From assembly GCF_044704955.1 (NCBI RefSeq), contig NC_091999.1, positions 23,064,001-23,128,000 on the forward strand: a DNA stretch of 64,000 nt. The letters are read 5' to 3'. Under the pieces are notes generated by a model, which did no database searches, was not told where the DNA came from, and saw only the letters and a list, made by a program, of their open reading frames with translations. The stretch is from Pristiophorus japonicus (Eukaryota). Made by a program: the position numbers and the translations under genes. This document shows positions 50,701 to 62,879 of this stretch, one piece after another. Position 1 is the first letter of the stretch, and each line of letters starts with the position of its first letter.

Positions 50701-51429
50701 CACGAGAGAGTGAGATTAGTTCTTCTAGATTTAATGGACGGAAAAGCTTCATATTTCAACACCTCTACCAGATCTATTTTTATTGTTCGTTACAAAGGAA
50801 AGAGGATATTTAAAATGAAAGGATCTTATAAGTCTGATACAAGTTAGTCAATCGCATGCTGTTATAAAGGCTTAAAGTTCATTGCGAATGATGACTTATT
50901 GCAGGTTGACTCTATCTCTTTAAATGTTTCACAGAATTGCAGCTCAGTGATTGTGTTCCTTGTGTTGTGACCCAGGCCAATAGCTGCATCTCGTCATAGT
51001 TTGTCCCTGCCTTTACCCTTTCTCAGGAATAATTGCACAACATAATGTTTCTAAACATGAGGTCCCCATAACGGTTATTTGGAGCAGCAGTCTCGAAAAT
51101 CTCCATTTTAATTGTGGAAATAACATGTAGCCTGCCAACAGCTCAGAACAGGCGCTGCTTTCTCGAGCGTTATTCACGCCCTGAAACGGTTTGTTCTGAA
51201 AGTGAGCTGAGGATCAGGCCAATCGTGTTCAATAGTAACCTGATGCTCAAAATGTACAAACATTACTATATCATTAAAAATTGGCTATTTGACCAGAAAG
51301 AATGTAAATCAATGAATGTGCGTTGTTTAATCTGAACAATGGGACGATTTAGTGAATATATGTGGCTCGATCAGTTTATGTGTTATCTGTTAGATGCAGA
51401 TAACGGTTCCTTGAACACTGCCTAACCTA

Positions 51430-52590
51430 GACTCTCAGATCAGATACAGCACGTATAAGATAGAGCAAAGCTCCCGCTACGCTGCTGCGTGGGTCAGGAC
51501 AGGTATAGCAAGGGTTGAACACAGACTAATACGCTATCCATACTGTCCCCTCAAATATTCCCATCTAGAGTACGGCAGAGATGTGCTACCAAATGTCTTC
51601 CCATAAAATGCGTTAACAAATTGACCGGTTAGATTAAGCACAATTTTATACAAAGGAAAGCTTCCCATACACTGTCCCTTTAAAGCACCAGCTCAGCTAC
51701 AGCGCTGATTAAATAGAAGATCAATCTATATTGAACGTCCCAATTAAACTTCACGTATTTGTAAATAAGAGTTTAAATACTGATCAAAGCTCTCTCTCCA
51801 ATGCCCCATCAAACACTGCCAGATACGATAAAGGACGGGTTCGATGCAGAACAAAGCTCCCTCTTCACTGACATATCAAACTCTCCCAGAATAGGTACAG
51901 CATGGGTTAGATACAGAGTAAAGCTCTCTCATCTCAAAAAGTCCCAGTGCAGGTACCAAATGGTCAAAATAAATTGAAGCACCCATCAGATCAGACGAGG
52001 CGCTGCTTACCTGAAAGTGTTTGTTCTGAAAGTGAGCTTAGGATCAGATCAACCTAATTCAATAATTATCTGGCACTCAAAATGTTTAAACTTTACTGAT
52101 TTAATATCTTATTAGTTGGATGCAGATTGAGGATCCTTCAATATATTTGGAAAATCACTCAAATCAGATGCAGGATAGATACGATAGAGTAACTCTCCCT
52201 CTTCACTGACCTGTTTCGCTGTGAAGTCATGTATAGCAAAGGTTGAATTCAGACTAAACTACACTACCCTATTATACACTCCGTGTCAAATATAGCAAGA
52301 TATAAATTCCGAGTAAAATTATTTCTACAATGTGCCATCAATCCACACAGGGCAGCTACAGCATGGTCAGATACAGGGTAAAGCTCCCTCTACATTGTCC
52401 CATCAAACACTCCCAGGGCAGGTACAGCTTTGGTCAGATATAGCGTAAAGCTCCCTCTACACTGTCCCATCAAACAATCCCAGGGCAGGTACAGCACGGG
52501 TTAGATACAAAGTAAAGCTCCCTGTGCACTGTCCCATCAAACACTCCTAGGACAGGTGCAGCAAAGTTGCACCCCGATTAAAGCTCCTTC
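51430..52590 (+). repeat. 67-bp satellite in the J-C intron
   Basis: AAAGCTCCCTCTACACTGTCCCATCAAACACTCCCAGGGCAGGTACAGCACGGGTTAGATACA; best copies at 52381, 52448, 52515. Confidence 0.85.
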
Positions 52591-55170
52591 TACAGTCTCT
52601 CCGTGGTGTTTCTTAATGTCACAATCTGGGTTATTGATCTCATTTCTGAGGCGCCTCCTCAACCTTAAAGTCAATCTTTCAAGTTTCTTCCATATTCAGT
52701 TTCTTAAATAACTGAGTCAAATGACAATCCCCGCATTGCAGGATCACAACCTAGAAAGTTTACAACCAGTGAGCAGGACTCCTGATTCGCACAGTGTGCA
52801 GGCGCACAGAAACAGAACAGACACATACGCTGCAACAACGGTGCTCGAGGCAGAGAGACCAGTTCAACCTATTAATTTCAATGAAGCTGTTTGATTTCTA
52901 ATATATTTCTTGTCAATTTCCAACCACCTCAACTCTGCAGATTCTTTGAAATTAAACTGATATTAATTTGAGAAACATCCAGCCATTTCTCCCTCTCTGT
53001 CGACAATCTTGTAAATTGCATAAAAATTAATTTCCCTGAAAACAAGTATCTGGAAATGATTCACTTTCCACGGTAATTCGCTGCCCGTCACATGGGACTC
53101 AGTGACAGAATAAGAATGCTAAAATCCAGGAAACATCTACATTGAAATCTGACCACCCACTGATTTGATATATTTTCATCAGTAAATATAACCTATAAAA
53201 ATCTTCGAGGCAAAACACGAAGTTAATTCACTAAAATCTGCTGCAGCACCTTATCGAACTCAGCACAGCCGGGTTATAAATGCATTATTTTATAAATTAA
53301 TTTAGGAATTAATTAAACATTCTTTCCAACCATTGAGGTTTTGTAATAACTATAATACGGACCAGGATGCAAGAGATCGTTTATGTTTAATAAATTAGCA
53401 CTGATTTTACATTCTAAATTATGTTCATGTCAGTTGATTATGTAAAATAATCTGAGTGCCTGCCTGGCCTTTCCTCCTCAGAAGCACATGTACCTGGAAT
53501 TATTGAAATTAATTTAACGTGCTTGAATTTCAGCCTTACTAATACAATTAGTTAATAATAATTTTAAAGCCTTTTTCTGCCTGGTAACTTGTGAAGGAAT
53601 AACAAATTTCGTCTGCACGGTAAAGATTTCATACCCCCGAAGATAAATTAAATTGACAAAATGCAATTTACAACACGGCTTTAAGTTATAATTTAATACA
53701 TCCTGTTATTCATCTGTGTAAACTGGAGGTAGCAAGTAATTTAACATCCTAATCAAACTGAACCCAGCGGTGGAATCAGTATATTGTCAGTGAAATAATT
53801 GTACGCATAATTACTAACTGCATCCAGCCTCTAAAAGTTTCTGCTCCCGTTAATGGAGCACAGTGTACAGCAGGATTTTGCAAGTCGAATAATATTAAGT
53901 AAATTTACATTGATATTATAACATATTTTAATAATATTGAGAGATATTATCGCGTTATAATCGTTTGGTTAATATTAATTTAAAGCAACAACAACCTGAA
54001 CAAGTTAATTATATAGCTGTTAATTACAGTTTCATTTCACACTGTAAATATCAGCATGTAAACATAGATTAATATTTGAATACATAATTGTCACTTCAAT
54101 AATTGTTATGTTAAACTACCCATCAATGGTTTCTGATTTCTAAACCATCCTGATCTCTGCCTACAATCTGCTTTCCAACAGTTTCAAACATATATCGTGT
54201 TTGCATTGCATCAGAAACCTGCTGCTGCCCCCTGTCACCAACGTTAAACATTGTAGAAACGCCAAACAGTTTCACAAATTGTAGGTATTCTGAGTAACAG
54301 AGGCACAAACTCTCTGAGCAGATCGACACTAAATCACATCACTGAGGGGCGGAATCCCTCCACAGAACTTTTCATGGAGCAGACCCTTCATTCTATAAAC
54401 CCTTTCAGCAGAATCAAATGTATCATTGTAAAAAGTCTCATTAGAGAATCACTGAATCCGCCTAACACTGAAATAACCAATGATTGAATTCAACAGAAAT
54501 ATAAAAACAATGACAGCAGAATTGTTATTAGCCGAATCATGCTAAATAAATTAACGTTGAAATTATAGCATATTTTAATAATACTGCGTGATATTACTAC
54601 ATTATAGTAATGTTAATAATATTAATTTAAAACTGTTCCAGCTGCAAATGTATTAATGTTTTAGTTCTTAATTTCAGTAACACATCACCTATTGAATCTG
54701 AGCGTTTGGGAACATTCGCTCAGTAGAATACAATGTATTTTTTAGAAAACCTTTACAGTCCTTAAGATTATATACCGAGTTCTAAGCTTTCTGTTTCGTG
54801 CCTACAATGTTCTTTCAAACATATTTAAAAACAATGTTTGCATTCGATCAGAAAAACTGCAGCAATCAGAGGTCACCGAGATTAAACATTGCAGAAACGT
54901 CAGACAGTGTAACTACCGTTAGGTAGTTATAGTAACCCAGGCACACAGTCTCGACACCAGATCAACACCAAATCACATCAACAACATGTTCTGTGGAGAA
55001 ACTGTTGAATTATATAATCACGTTGTAGCAGAATTACGTGAAATTTGAAAAATTTCCATGGACAATCCAACAAAAACAAGATTCAGTGAACGAAATAATT
55101 ATTGAAATAAACAGAAATATAAAATAAAGACACATATACAACAGTTACTGAATGAGTGAATGTTCCTTAC

Positions 55171-55237
55171 CTGCAGTCACCGTCACCATAGTCCCTTGTC
55201 CCCAGTAGTCAAAATAGTTGTATCCTCTCCCGTAGTA
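55171..55237 (-). other. Germline-joined D(D)JH segment, open: YYGRGYNYFDYWGQGTMVTVTA
   Basis: WGQG motif, G|GTAAG donor, no RSS between the D-like 5' part and J. Confidence 0.88.
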
Positions 55238-55265
55238 CACAGTGATAGGAACCCGTACAAATACT
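55238..55265 (+). other. 12-RSS 5' of the joined DJ
   Basis: CACAGTG-ATAGGAACCCGT (12)-ACAAATACT. Confidence 0.93.
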
Positions 55266-55655
55266 GAACACTTTCTGTTCAGTACTGACTTTCAACATTC
55301 ACTTCAAATAGACATTCGCTTCAAATAGATATTAATTGCTGATCAAGTTTAGAATTGAACCAACAGTTTACACAACACAGTTCCAACCAGCTCCCTCCAT
55401 GAACCAGACACAGTGATTCGAGCATCATGTCCAGCTCTAAAATTGCTGATACTGTTAACATTAAACAGGAGCAAAACCAAAACCTCCCCGCAGTAGATCG
55501 GTTAGTGTGTTAGATTTTCACCATTGAATTCTCAGTGTCCTAGTTTTGTAAGAAGCGGTTTGTGGTCTGGTTCTGAACATTGCCGTTAACATTGCATTTG
55601 ATACAATTACTGACCGTCAGGTTATGATGGAAGTTTGTTGAATTACCGCTCGATC

Positions 55656-55694
55656 TGTTCTTGTATGGGTTCAGCCCTGATTCCTCTCGCTGTG
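55656..55694 (-). other. 23-RSS of VH
   Basis: CACAGCG-23 nt-ACAAGAACA. Confidence 0.93.
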
Positions 55695-55998
55695 GTCCCT
55701 GGCACATTAACAGATGGCGGTGTCTTCGCTCATCAGGTTCTTCATGTCCAACGCAAAGATGTTGCTTGAACTGTCTTTGGACGCAGTAAATCGGCTCTGA
55801 ATCCCTGGGGCGTAAATTTTGTTCGATGAACTGGAATATCTAATCAGCCAATCCAGCCCCTGTCCGGGAAACTGGCGGACCCAGTTCATGCCATAGCTGC
55901 CAAGATCGAAACCGCTGGTTTTACAGGTCAGTCTCAGAGAGCATCCGGAAATCCGGGTTTCTGCCTCGGGCTGAGTCAACACCACATCCGACTGGCAC
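55695..55998 (-). pseudogene. VH exon, inactivated
   Basis: [58 protein letters not shown]; TAA at 55707-55709; apparent 1-nt deletion just after the acceptor puts V out of frame with the leader. Confidence 0.95.
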
Positions 55999-56123
55999 CT
56001 ATAAAATTAAGCAAAGAACCCGAGGATTAATCCTGGTGAAATGATTCCTGACTCTTTAAAATTCCAGAGAGACTAACACTGAGAGAGTAATAGTAAGGGA
56101 CTTGGACAACAAAATCTACTCAC

Positions 56124-56169
56124 GGGAAAATAAAGCCACTAACAGACTGAGTGAAATCGCCGACCTCAT
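56124..56169 (-). pseudogene. VH leader exon
   Basis: MRSAISLSLLVALFS + C|GTGAGT, 46 nt, phase 1. Confidence 0.93.
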
Positions 56170-58259
56170 CCTCCTGACGATATGTGGTGAATAGTTCCAG
56201 CAAGAACTACTGAGGAAACCCACTCCCAGACTGTTGTATTGCGGTCCCAATGACCGGCAGTTGAATACCCGGGAGATGGGGACGAGGTTACAGGCGCCGC
56301 CCATTGATTCCCTGATAGAGGCGGTTTCTGGATCCACTTCACACGTTCCACATCACCAACAGAATGGACTCACATCTGGACTGTAAATTAAATCCCTTTA
56401 TTTCATCACTCCTTCACAGGGGATGTGAATCTCTGGGATTGAATTACATTATCACGGTCTAAAGATACGGCCAGTTTGTGTTTCTCCATCTCCCGCTATC
56501 TATCGAAGCATCTGCATCAATAAATTAACCCTGAAAATCTGAATTGTTATCACTCTATGTAACTGAGTGCGGGAGATGGGTAACGTGATTCTCCTAACAA
56601 TGGATGGCCATAGCTGCACAATTTGTGTCTGGAGATGATTTCACACACCTCACATTATACAAATGTCTCTCATTTCATTTCACTCACTGCCCCTGAGTCT
56701 TTGATCCTAAGTCATCCCTTTATAAAATTAGCTGTAGAATAAGTCCGCTTGCCTGATAATTAAGAAGTTAGTTGACGGAGACACATAAGACAGTTTGGCC
56801 CGCCTGCTTCATTTCAGCTTTTTATGAGTGAAGCTGGTGAATAAAAACCGATAATGCGATCAGCAAACCCCGGCATCCAAATCCTTGCAGCTAACTTTAA
56901 TAGTGACCGACTGTGTAACAGACACGGGTACCAGGAACACGGCATATCAGGAAATCACAGGAATAAATGCATCATCTCCCGCTGAAATAGATCACAATCT
57001 TGGCATTTCTCTACGCATTGTTAGCCGGGCTATGAGAGAGGTGGTTCAAGGATCTAAATCAGCTCAAATTACACCGCACAGTGCACGGCTACGAATGAGT
57101 AATAAGAGAGACTTTAGTATAATCCAGGCACAGAATTCTGAGAATATTCAAGGAAGTGCAGCGGGTTCAAAGCAATTTCATCTCTGTTTTATTTACTTTG
57201 CGATTCTCACTCATTTCTTACAGTTTGGGTATGGCGTCATTAAACCTCTTCCAGCACTCCATTCTTTACTGAATAAAGGAAGTGAATAACTTGAATGGTC
57301 TTTATTTGGAAATAGTTTTAATTCGACACCATTTGGATAAATTAATTATTTTCTTATCCTATTTTTTAATATTTGGCATGGAATTGACGGGAAATAATTC
57401 TTGAGATGTTATACCATCTAAAATGTTTCTTTTTTGTAAAAGGGCGAAGGAATTATTTAAAGTTCAAGTAGTTAAATCCCATCTTTCTCCCATATATGTT
57501 GACGCTAATCTGACCAGCACAGAATTAGCCAGCAACCAAGCCTAATGCCGTCAGCGAGCTTCGAACATCTAATGTAATTTACAGGAAGCATCTGTGGTTC
57601 TGTGCAGTACATCAAATATCTGTTTCCTCACTAATGACCGCTTGGCGGGAAGCCAACTTCAAACCCTTTACATTGTGAATCAGGCTTATTTATATACAAA
57701 TCTACCCATCAACAGTACTGGAGTTAAGTTTAATTTTGCAGTTGTGGAAATGTGTGTAACTTTTCTCATATCCTCGGAAAGGAAATATAAACAATGTCTC
57801 AGACATCATGTCAGCAGGAGCAGTCAGCTGAAGTTCCAGTCCAGCACATCACAACNNNNNNNNNNNNNNNNNNNNNNNNNNNNNNNNNNNNNNNNNNNNN
57901 NNNNNNNNNNNNNNNNNNNNNNNNNNNNNNNNNNNNNNNNNNNNNNNNNNNNNNNNNNNNNNNNNNNNNNNNNNNNNNNNNNNNNNNNNNNNNNNNNNNN
58001 NNNNNNNNNNNNNNNNNNNNNNNNNNNNNNNNNNNNNNNNNNNNNNNNNNNNNNNNNNNNNNNNNNNNNNNNNNNNNNNNNNNNNNNNNNNNNNNNNNNN
58101 NNNNNNNNNNNNNNNNNNNNNGGACCTCAGAGAGAGGATATATTCTGAAATAAGTAATTACACATGTTTCCATGGATGCAGGAATGATGGATATTTAGAT
58201 ATCTGAATGTTTATATTTATCAATGGAGCAATGAACGGGTTGATAGATGGATGAATGAC

Positions 58260-61200
58260 TGGATGGATGGGGGCTAAACAATGTTTTGTTAAGTTTTCGC
58301 ATAACTTCATTGCTTTTGTATTCTACGCCTCCATTTATAAAGGCACGGATCCGATGTTCCTTTTTAGCAGCCTTTATCAACTTGTCCTGCAACCTTCAAG
58401 GATTGTCCACGGACTCCAACAAGTCTCTCTGATCCTCTAAACCATTCACATTGTACCATTTGGTTTACATTACCATGGTCTTGTGTAATACAAAACAGAT
58501 GTGCGATCTCGTGTAAAATAAAGTCAAGGCCTTGCGTAATATTAACAGACATAATGTGCACTGCATTAATAACATATACATGGCCTCGAGTAATATAAAC
58601 AGAGAAAGAATCTAGTGTAATTTTAGGGAGCATTCCAGACCTTAGCCACTCGCTACATAATTGTTTTTTTTACGTCGCCTTTGGTTCTTTTGCCAATCAC
58701 CTTAAATCTATGTCCACAGGTTCTTAACCTTCCTGACAATGGGAAAAGTGTCTCTCTATCTACCATGTCCAGACCCCTCAGATATTGGTAAGAATGTAGA
58801 ACTCGGTATCACAGGGAACGATTGAGGGGAAGCATAGATACATTTAAGGAAGGTTCGATGAGCATCTGAGGATTGAGGGGAAAAGAACGTGATTTAAATA
58901 AGGAAATACGGGAGTGGGCTCGAGCGAAGCATAAACGCCGGCATGGACTGGTTGGGCCGAATGGCCTGTTTCTGTGCTGCATATTCTATGCAATTCTCCA
59001 TATTATCTATGCAATATTCCCTCTGGTTCTTTTGCCATTTACCTTAAATCTCTGAACACTAGTTAGTGACACTTGTGCCGCTGGAGACTCTTTAACATAA
59101 CATAATCTATGGAAACCCTTCATGATTTTGAAAACCTCTATCAGATCTCCCCTTAACCTTCTATGCATTCTCCTCAGGAGAACAACCCCAACTTCGCTAA
59201 TGTCGCCATGTAACTGAATTCTTTAATCGCTGGTACCATTCAAACACATTTTTTCTTCACCCTCTCCAAGCCATTATTCTTTGTAAAATGTGGTATCCAT
59301 AATTGGACACATTGTTTCATGAGCTTTGTACTCTATGCCTCCAACAAAGATCCAGTATTCAATTTAAGAACCATAAGAAATAGGAGCAGGAGTCCGCCAT
59401 TTGACCCCTCGAGCCTGCTCCTCCATTCAATAAGATCATGGCTGACCTGGTCTTTGGCTCAACTCCACTTCCCTACCCTCACCGCAAAACCGTTCACTCC
59501 CTATCATTCATAAATCTGTCTATCACCACCTTAACTATATTCAATGACCCAGCCTCCACGTCTCTCTGGGGTAGAGAATTCCACAGATTTACAACCCTCT
59601 GAGAGCAGAAATTCCTGCTCATCTTAGTTCTAAATAGGTGACCAACTGTTGGGAGGAGCAGAACTGCAGTGGTTCAAGTAGAAGGCCCACCACCGACTCC
59701 TCACGGAGCGACTGGGGATGGGCAATAAATACCGGCCTTTGCAGCCCTGCCCAGATTTCGGGAATTAATAAGAAAAGGCGGTGGCCTTCACTGCTGATGG
59801 TTTTCAGAGATTGATTGGTAGATTTGTGTTAGGAAAGGGTATTACGTTATGGAACCAAGGCTGAATGATGGAGCTGAGATACAGATCAGCCATGGTCTAA
59901 TTGAATGCATGATGAATCTTTGGAATTCTCTAAAACAGAAGGCTGTGGAAGCTCAATCTTTGAATATATTCAAATCAGAGATCGATAGATTTTTGGACAT
60001 TAATGGAATCAATCGATATGTGGATAGTGTAGAAAAGTGGAGTTGAGGTAGAAGATCATACATGATCCCATTGAATGACGGAGCAGGCTCAAGGGACCAT
60101 ATGGCCCACTCCTGCTCCCAGTGCTTATGTTCTTATGTTTTGATTTTCTAGGAAATATGGACGTTAGATACTCAATCTCTCCTCATATGACAGACCCCTC
60201 CCACCATCCCAGGAATCGGTCTGATGAAGATTGATGCACTCCGGTCAAAGGCAAGTATATCCTTCCATACGTAATTAGAACAAAACTGCACACAATACTA
60301 CAGGTGCAGTTTCAGCAGGGCCCTATGTAAGTGCATGAGGCGTCTTTACTCTAATACTGCAATCCCTAAGCAATGACATGTAATCTACCATTTGCTTTCC
60401 GAATTGCTTACTGTAGCTGCATGTTAAGTTTCTTTGATTCGTGTACGAGGCCATCCAGGTCTTTCTGAATAACAACATTGCCCAGTTTCTTAGCATTGAA
60501 AAGATATTCGGCCTTCCTATTTGTCCTGCCAAAGTGCGTAACTTCGCACTTCTCCCCATTATATCCAATCTGCCATGTTCTTTCCCACTCACTTAACTTG
60601 TCAATAGCCCTTTGCAGCCTCATTACTTCCTTCTCACTGTTTACTGTCCCACCGAACTTTGTATCGTAGGAAAACGTGGATACATTACACATGGTACGCT
60701 CAATTAAGTCATCATTCTGCACACGTGTAGAAGCTCTAACAATCTCTTTTTAGATTTTTGATAGTTTATTCCATTTTATATTTTCTCCCACTTTATCAGT
60801 TGCATGGTCATCTTTTCCTGAATTGTAAAATCCACCCAATCCTAGCGGTAACTGCTATTTTGACAACATTTTAAGCCTGTTCCTTTAATCTAATATTATC
60901 TTTAATTTCCCTTCTTAGCCATTGTTGGACCATTTTTCCTGTGAAGTTTTTATTCCTTATGGAAGTGTATCAAATCTGACGGCTCTCTATGATGAGCAGA
61001 AGATGAATTTGCAACAATAATTTTGCTAATTCCGTCCTTAATACTTAATTTGCACCTCTTGGTATTAGCTCTAAAAATCATCTGGGTAAACTTTCATGCA
61101 AGTTATTGTGGGTGGAATTATGAATCGCGTTTAAAGGAAATTCTGTGGCCTGCAGTAGATATCGTTTATCAGCAGGTGGCGAATATTGAACCATGAGTCA

Positions 61201-61750
61201 TGTAGAGGCCGATGTTGTTGAGCATTTCAGTCACTGTCTGCATTGTCAAAAGAAGAAACAGCATTTTTAACAATATAATTAATGCTCAGATTACTGCTCA
61301 GCCAGTCAAATGTGAGTTGGCATGGATCCTTAGAAATAATCTGAAGGACAAATAAAGATTGCGTTAATTTCAATCCACACATTAGGAACATTGTGGGGGC
61401 CTTGCCGAGGATGCAAATGAGTTTGGTACAAGGCATGAAGGAGTTCAGTTATGTGGAGATGAGAGAGGATGGGATTAGTCTTATTATACAGGGAATGCTT
61501 AGGTGAGAATTAACAGAGGTTTTCAAAATTGAGAAAGGATGTCATAGAGTTGATAGTAAGGTATCGTCAGGAGTATGGGTAAAGAGAGGACAAAAATTGA
61601 AGATGATTGATATAATACATCAAGATGGGAGATAAGGAGACTTTTTTATGCAGCTAATTGTAATAATCTGGAATGTATTGCCTGAGAGGGTGATGTCAGC
61701 AGGTTGTACAATAACTTTCAAAAACGGAAATGAATATATATATTAAAAGG
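58260..61750. mobile_element. Patchwork of decayed CR1 fragments in both orientations (e.g. 59370-59640 -, 59910-60140 +, 60170-60960 -, 61420-61750 +)
   Basis: Repeated ORF2 C-terminal and 3'UTR motifs; FSYDTKFGG, KCEVTHFG. Confidence 0.8.
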
Positions 61751-61759
61751 AACGATAAT

Positions 61760-62480
61760 CTGGTGTAATATAAAGAGTGACATTAGCGAGTGTAATATAA
61801 ACAGAGACAGTGCCTAGGTTAATATAAACAGAGACAGAGCCTAGTGTATTATAAGAGAGACATAGTCCAGTGTAATATAAACAGGGACAGGATCTACTGT
61901 AATATAAACCGAGACAGGGTCGAGTGTAATATAAACAGAGACAGAGTCTAGCTTAATATAAACAGCGACAGGGTCGAGTGTAATTTAAACGGAGACAGGG
62001 TCTAGTGTAGTATAAACAGAGACATAGTCTAGTGTAATAGAAACAAGAACAGGATCTACTGTAATATAAACCGAGAAAGGGTCTACTGTAATATAAAAAG
62101 GGACAGAAACTACTGTAATATAAACAGAGTCAGGGCCGTGTAATATAAAGTGAGACAGTCTATAGTGTAATATAAACAGAAACAGGGTCCAGTGTAATAT
62201 AAACAGAGACAGGGTCTAAAGTAATATAAAGAGAAACAGGGCCTAGTGTAATATAAACAGAGACAGGGTCGACTGTAATATAAACAGAGACAGGATCCAA
62301 TGTAATATAAACAGAGACAAGGTCGAGTGCATTATAAACAGGGACAGGATCTACTGTAATATAAATCGAGACAGCGTCTAGTGTAACATAAACGGAGACA
62401 GGGTCTAGGTTAATATAAAGAGCGACAGAGTATAGTGTAATATAAAGCGAGGCAGGGTATAATGTAGTTATAACTGAGAC
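61760..62480 (+). repeat. 27-bp satellite, left arm
   Basis: GTGTAATATAAACAGAGACAGGGTCTA units. Confidence 0.95.
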
Positions 62481-62879
62481 GGTGCATAGGAAAATGTTGA
62501 AAAAAATCCTAAGACGCTTAAACAAATTTATTATCGACACAAGCGGCCTTACCATTAAATACCACATCCCAAGCGGCTGGAATCCCGAACAATGCTTTCT
62601 GCAGCTGCAGGTATTGTCACTTGGCGATGCGGCAGAGGCCGGTTCTGAAGTTTGGATCCTAAGTGCTACTGGATCTCTGTGCTGTCTGATGATGTCATGA
62701 TCTTCGGCCGCAGGAGATCGTGGCGGTCGAGATTACTGCCGCCAGAAACCACCATGACAATTTCTCGGGCATTGCTACTCTCGCCACCCATATTGTACAG
62801 CCGGTAATGCCCATTATCGCCGTCTCCAGAAACGCTAATGAGAATCGTAAAGTATGTCCATTGTTGCTCATTTACCTGA

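Larger units (their letters stand above)
41858..56169 (-). pseudogene. IGHM: IgM heavy-chain minilocus (cluster type), pseudogene
   Basis: All exons recognisable in order; frameshift and stop in VH, deletions and a duplication in CH1, two stops in CH3. Confidence 0.95.

Noticed and set aside
55409-55447. CACAGTG between V and DJ as a separate D RSS
   Set aside because: No credible nonamer at 12 or 23 nt and no opposing heptamer
56170-56400. Octamer-type VH promoter
   Set aside because: No ATGCAAAT seen here; the exact octamer at 61411 is over 5 kb away among CR1 debris; shark VH promoters are known to lack it
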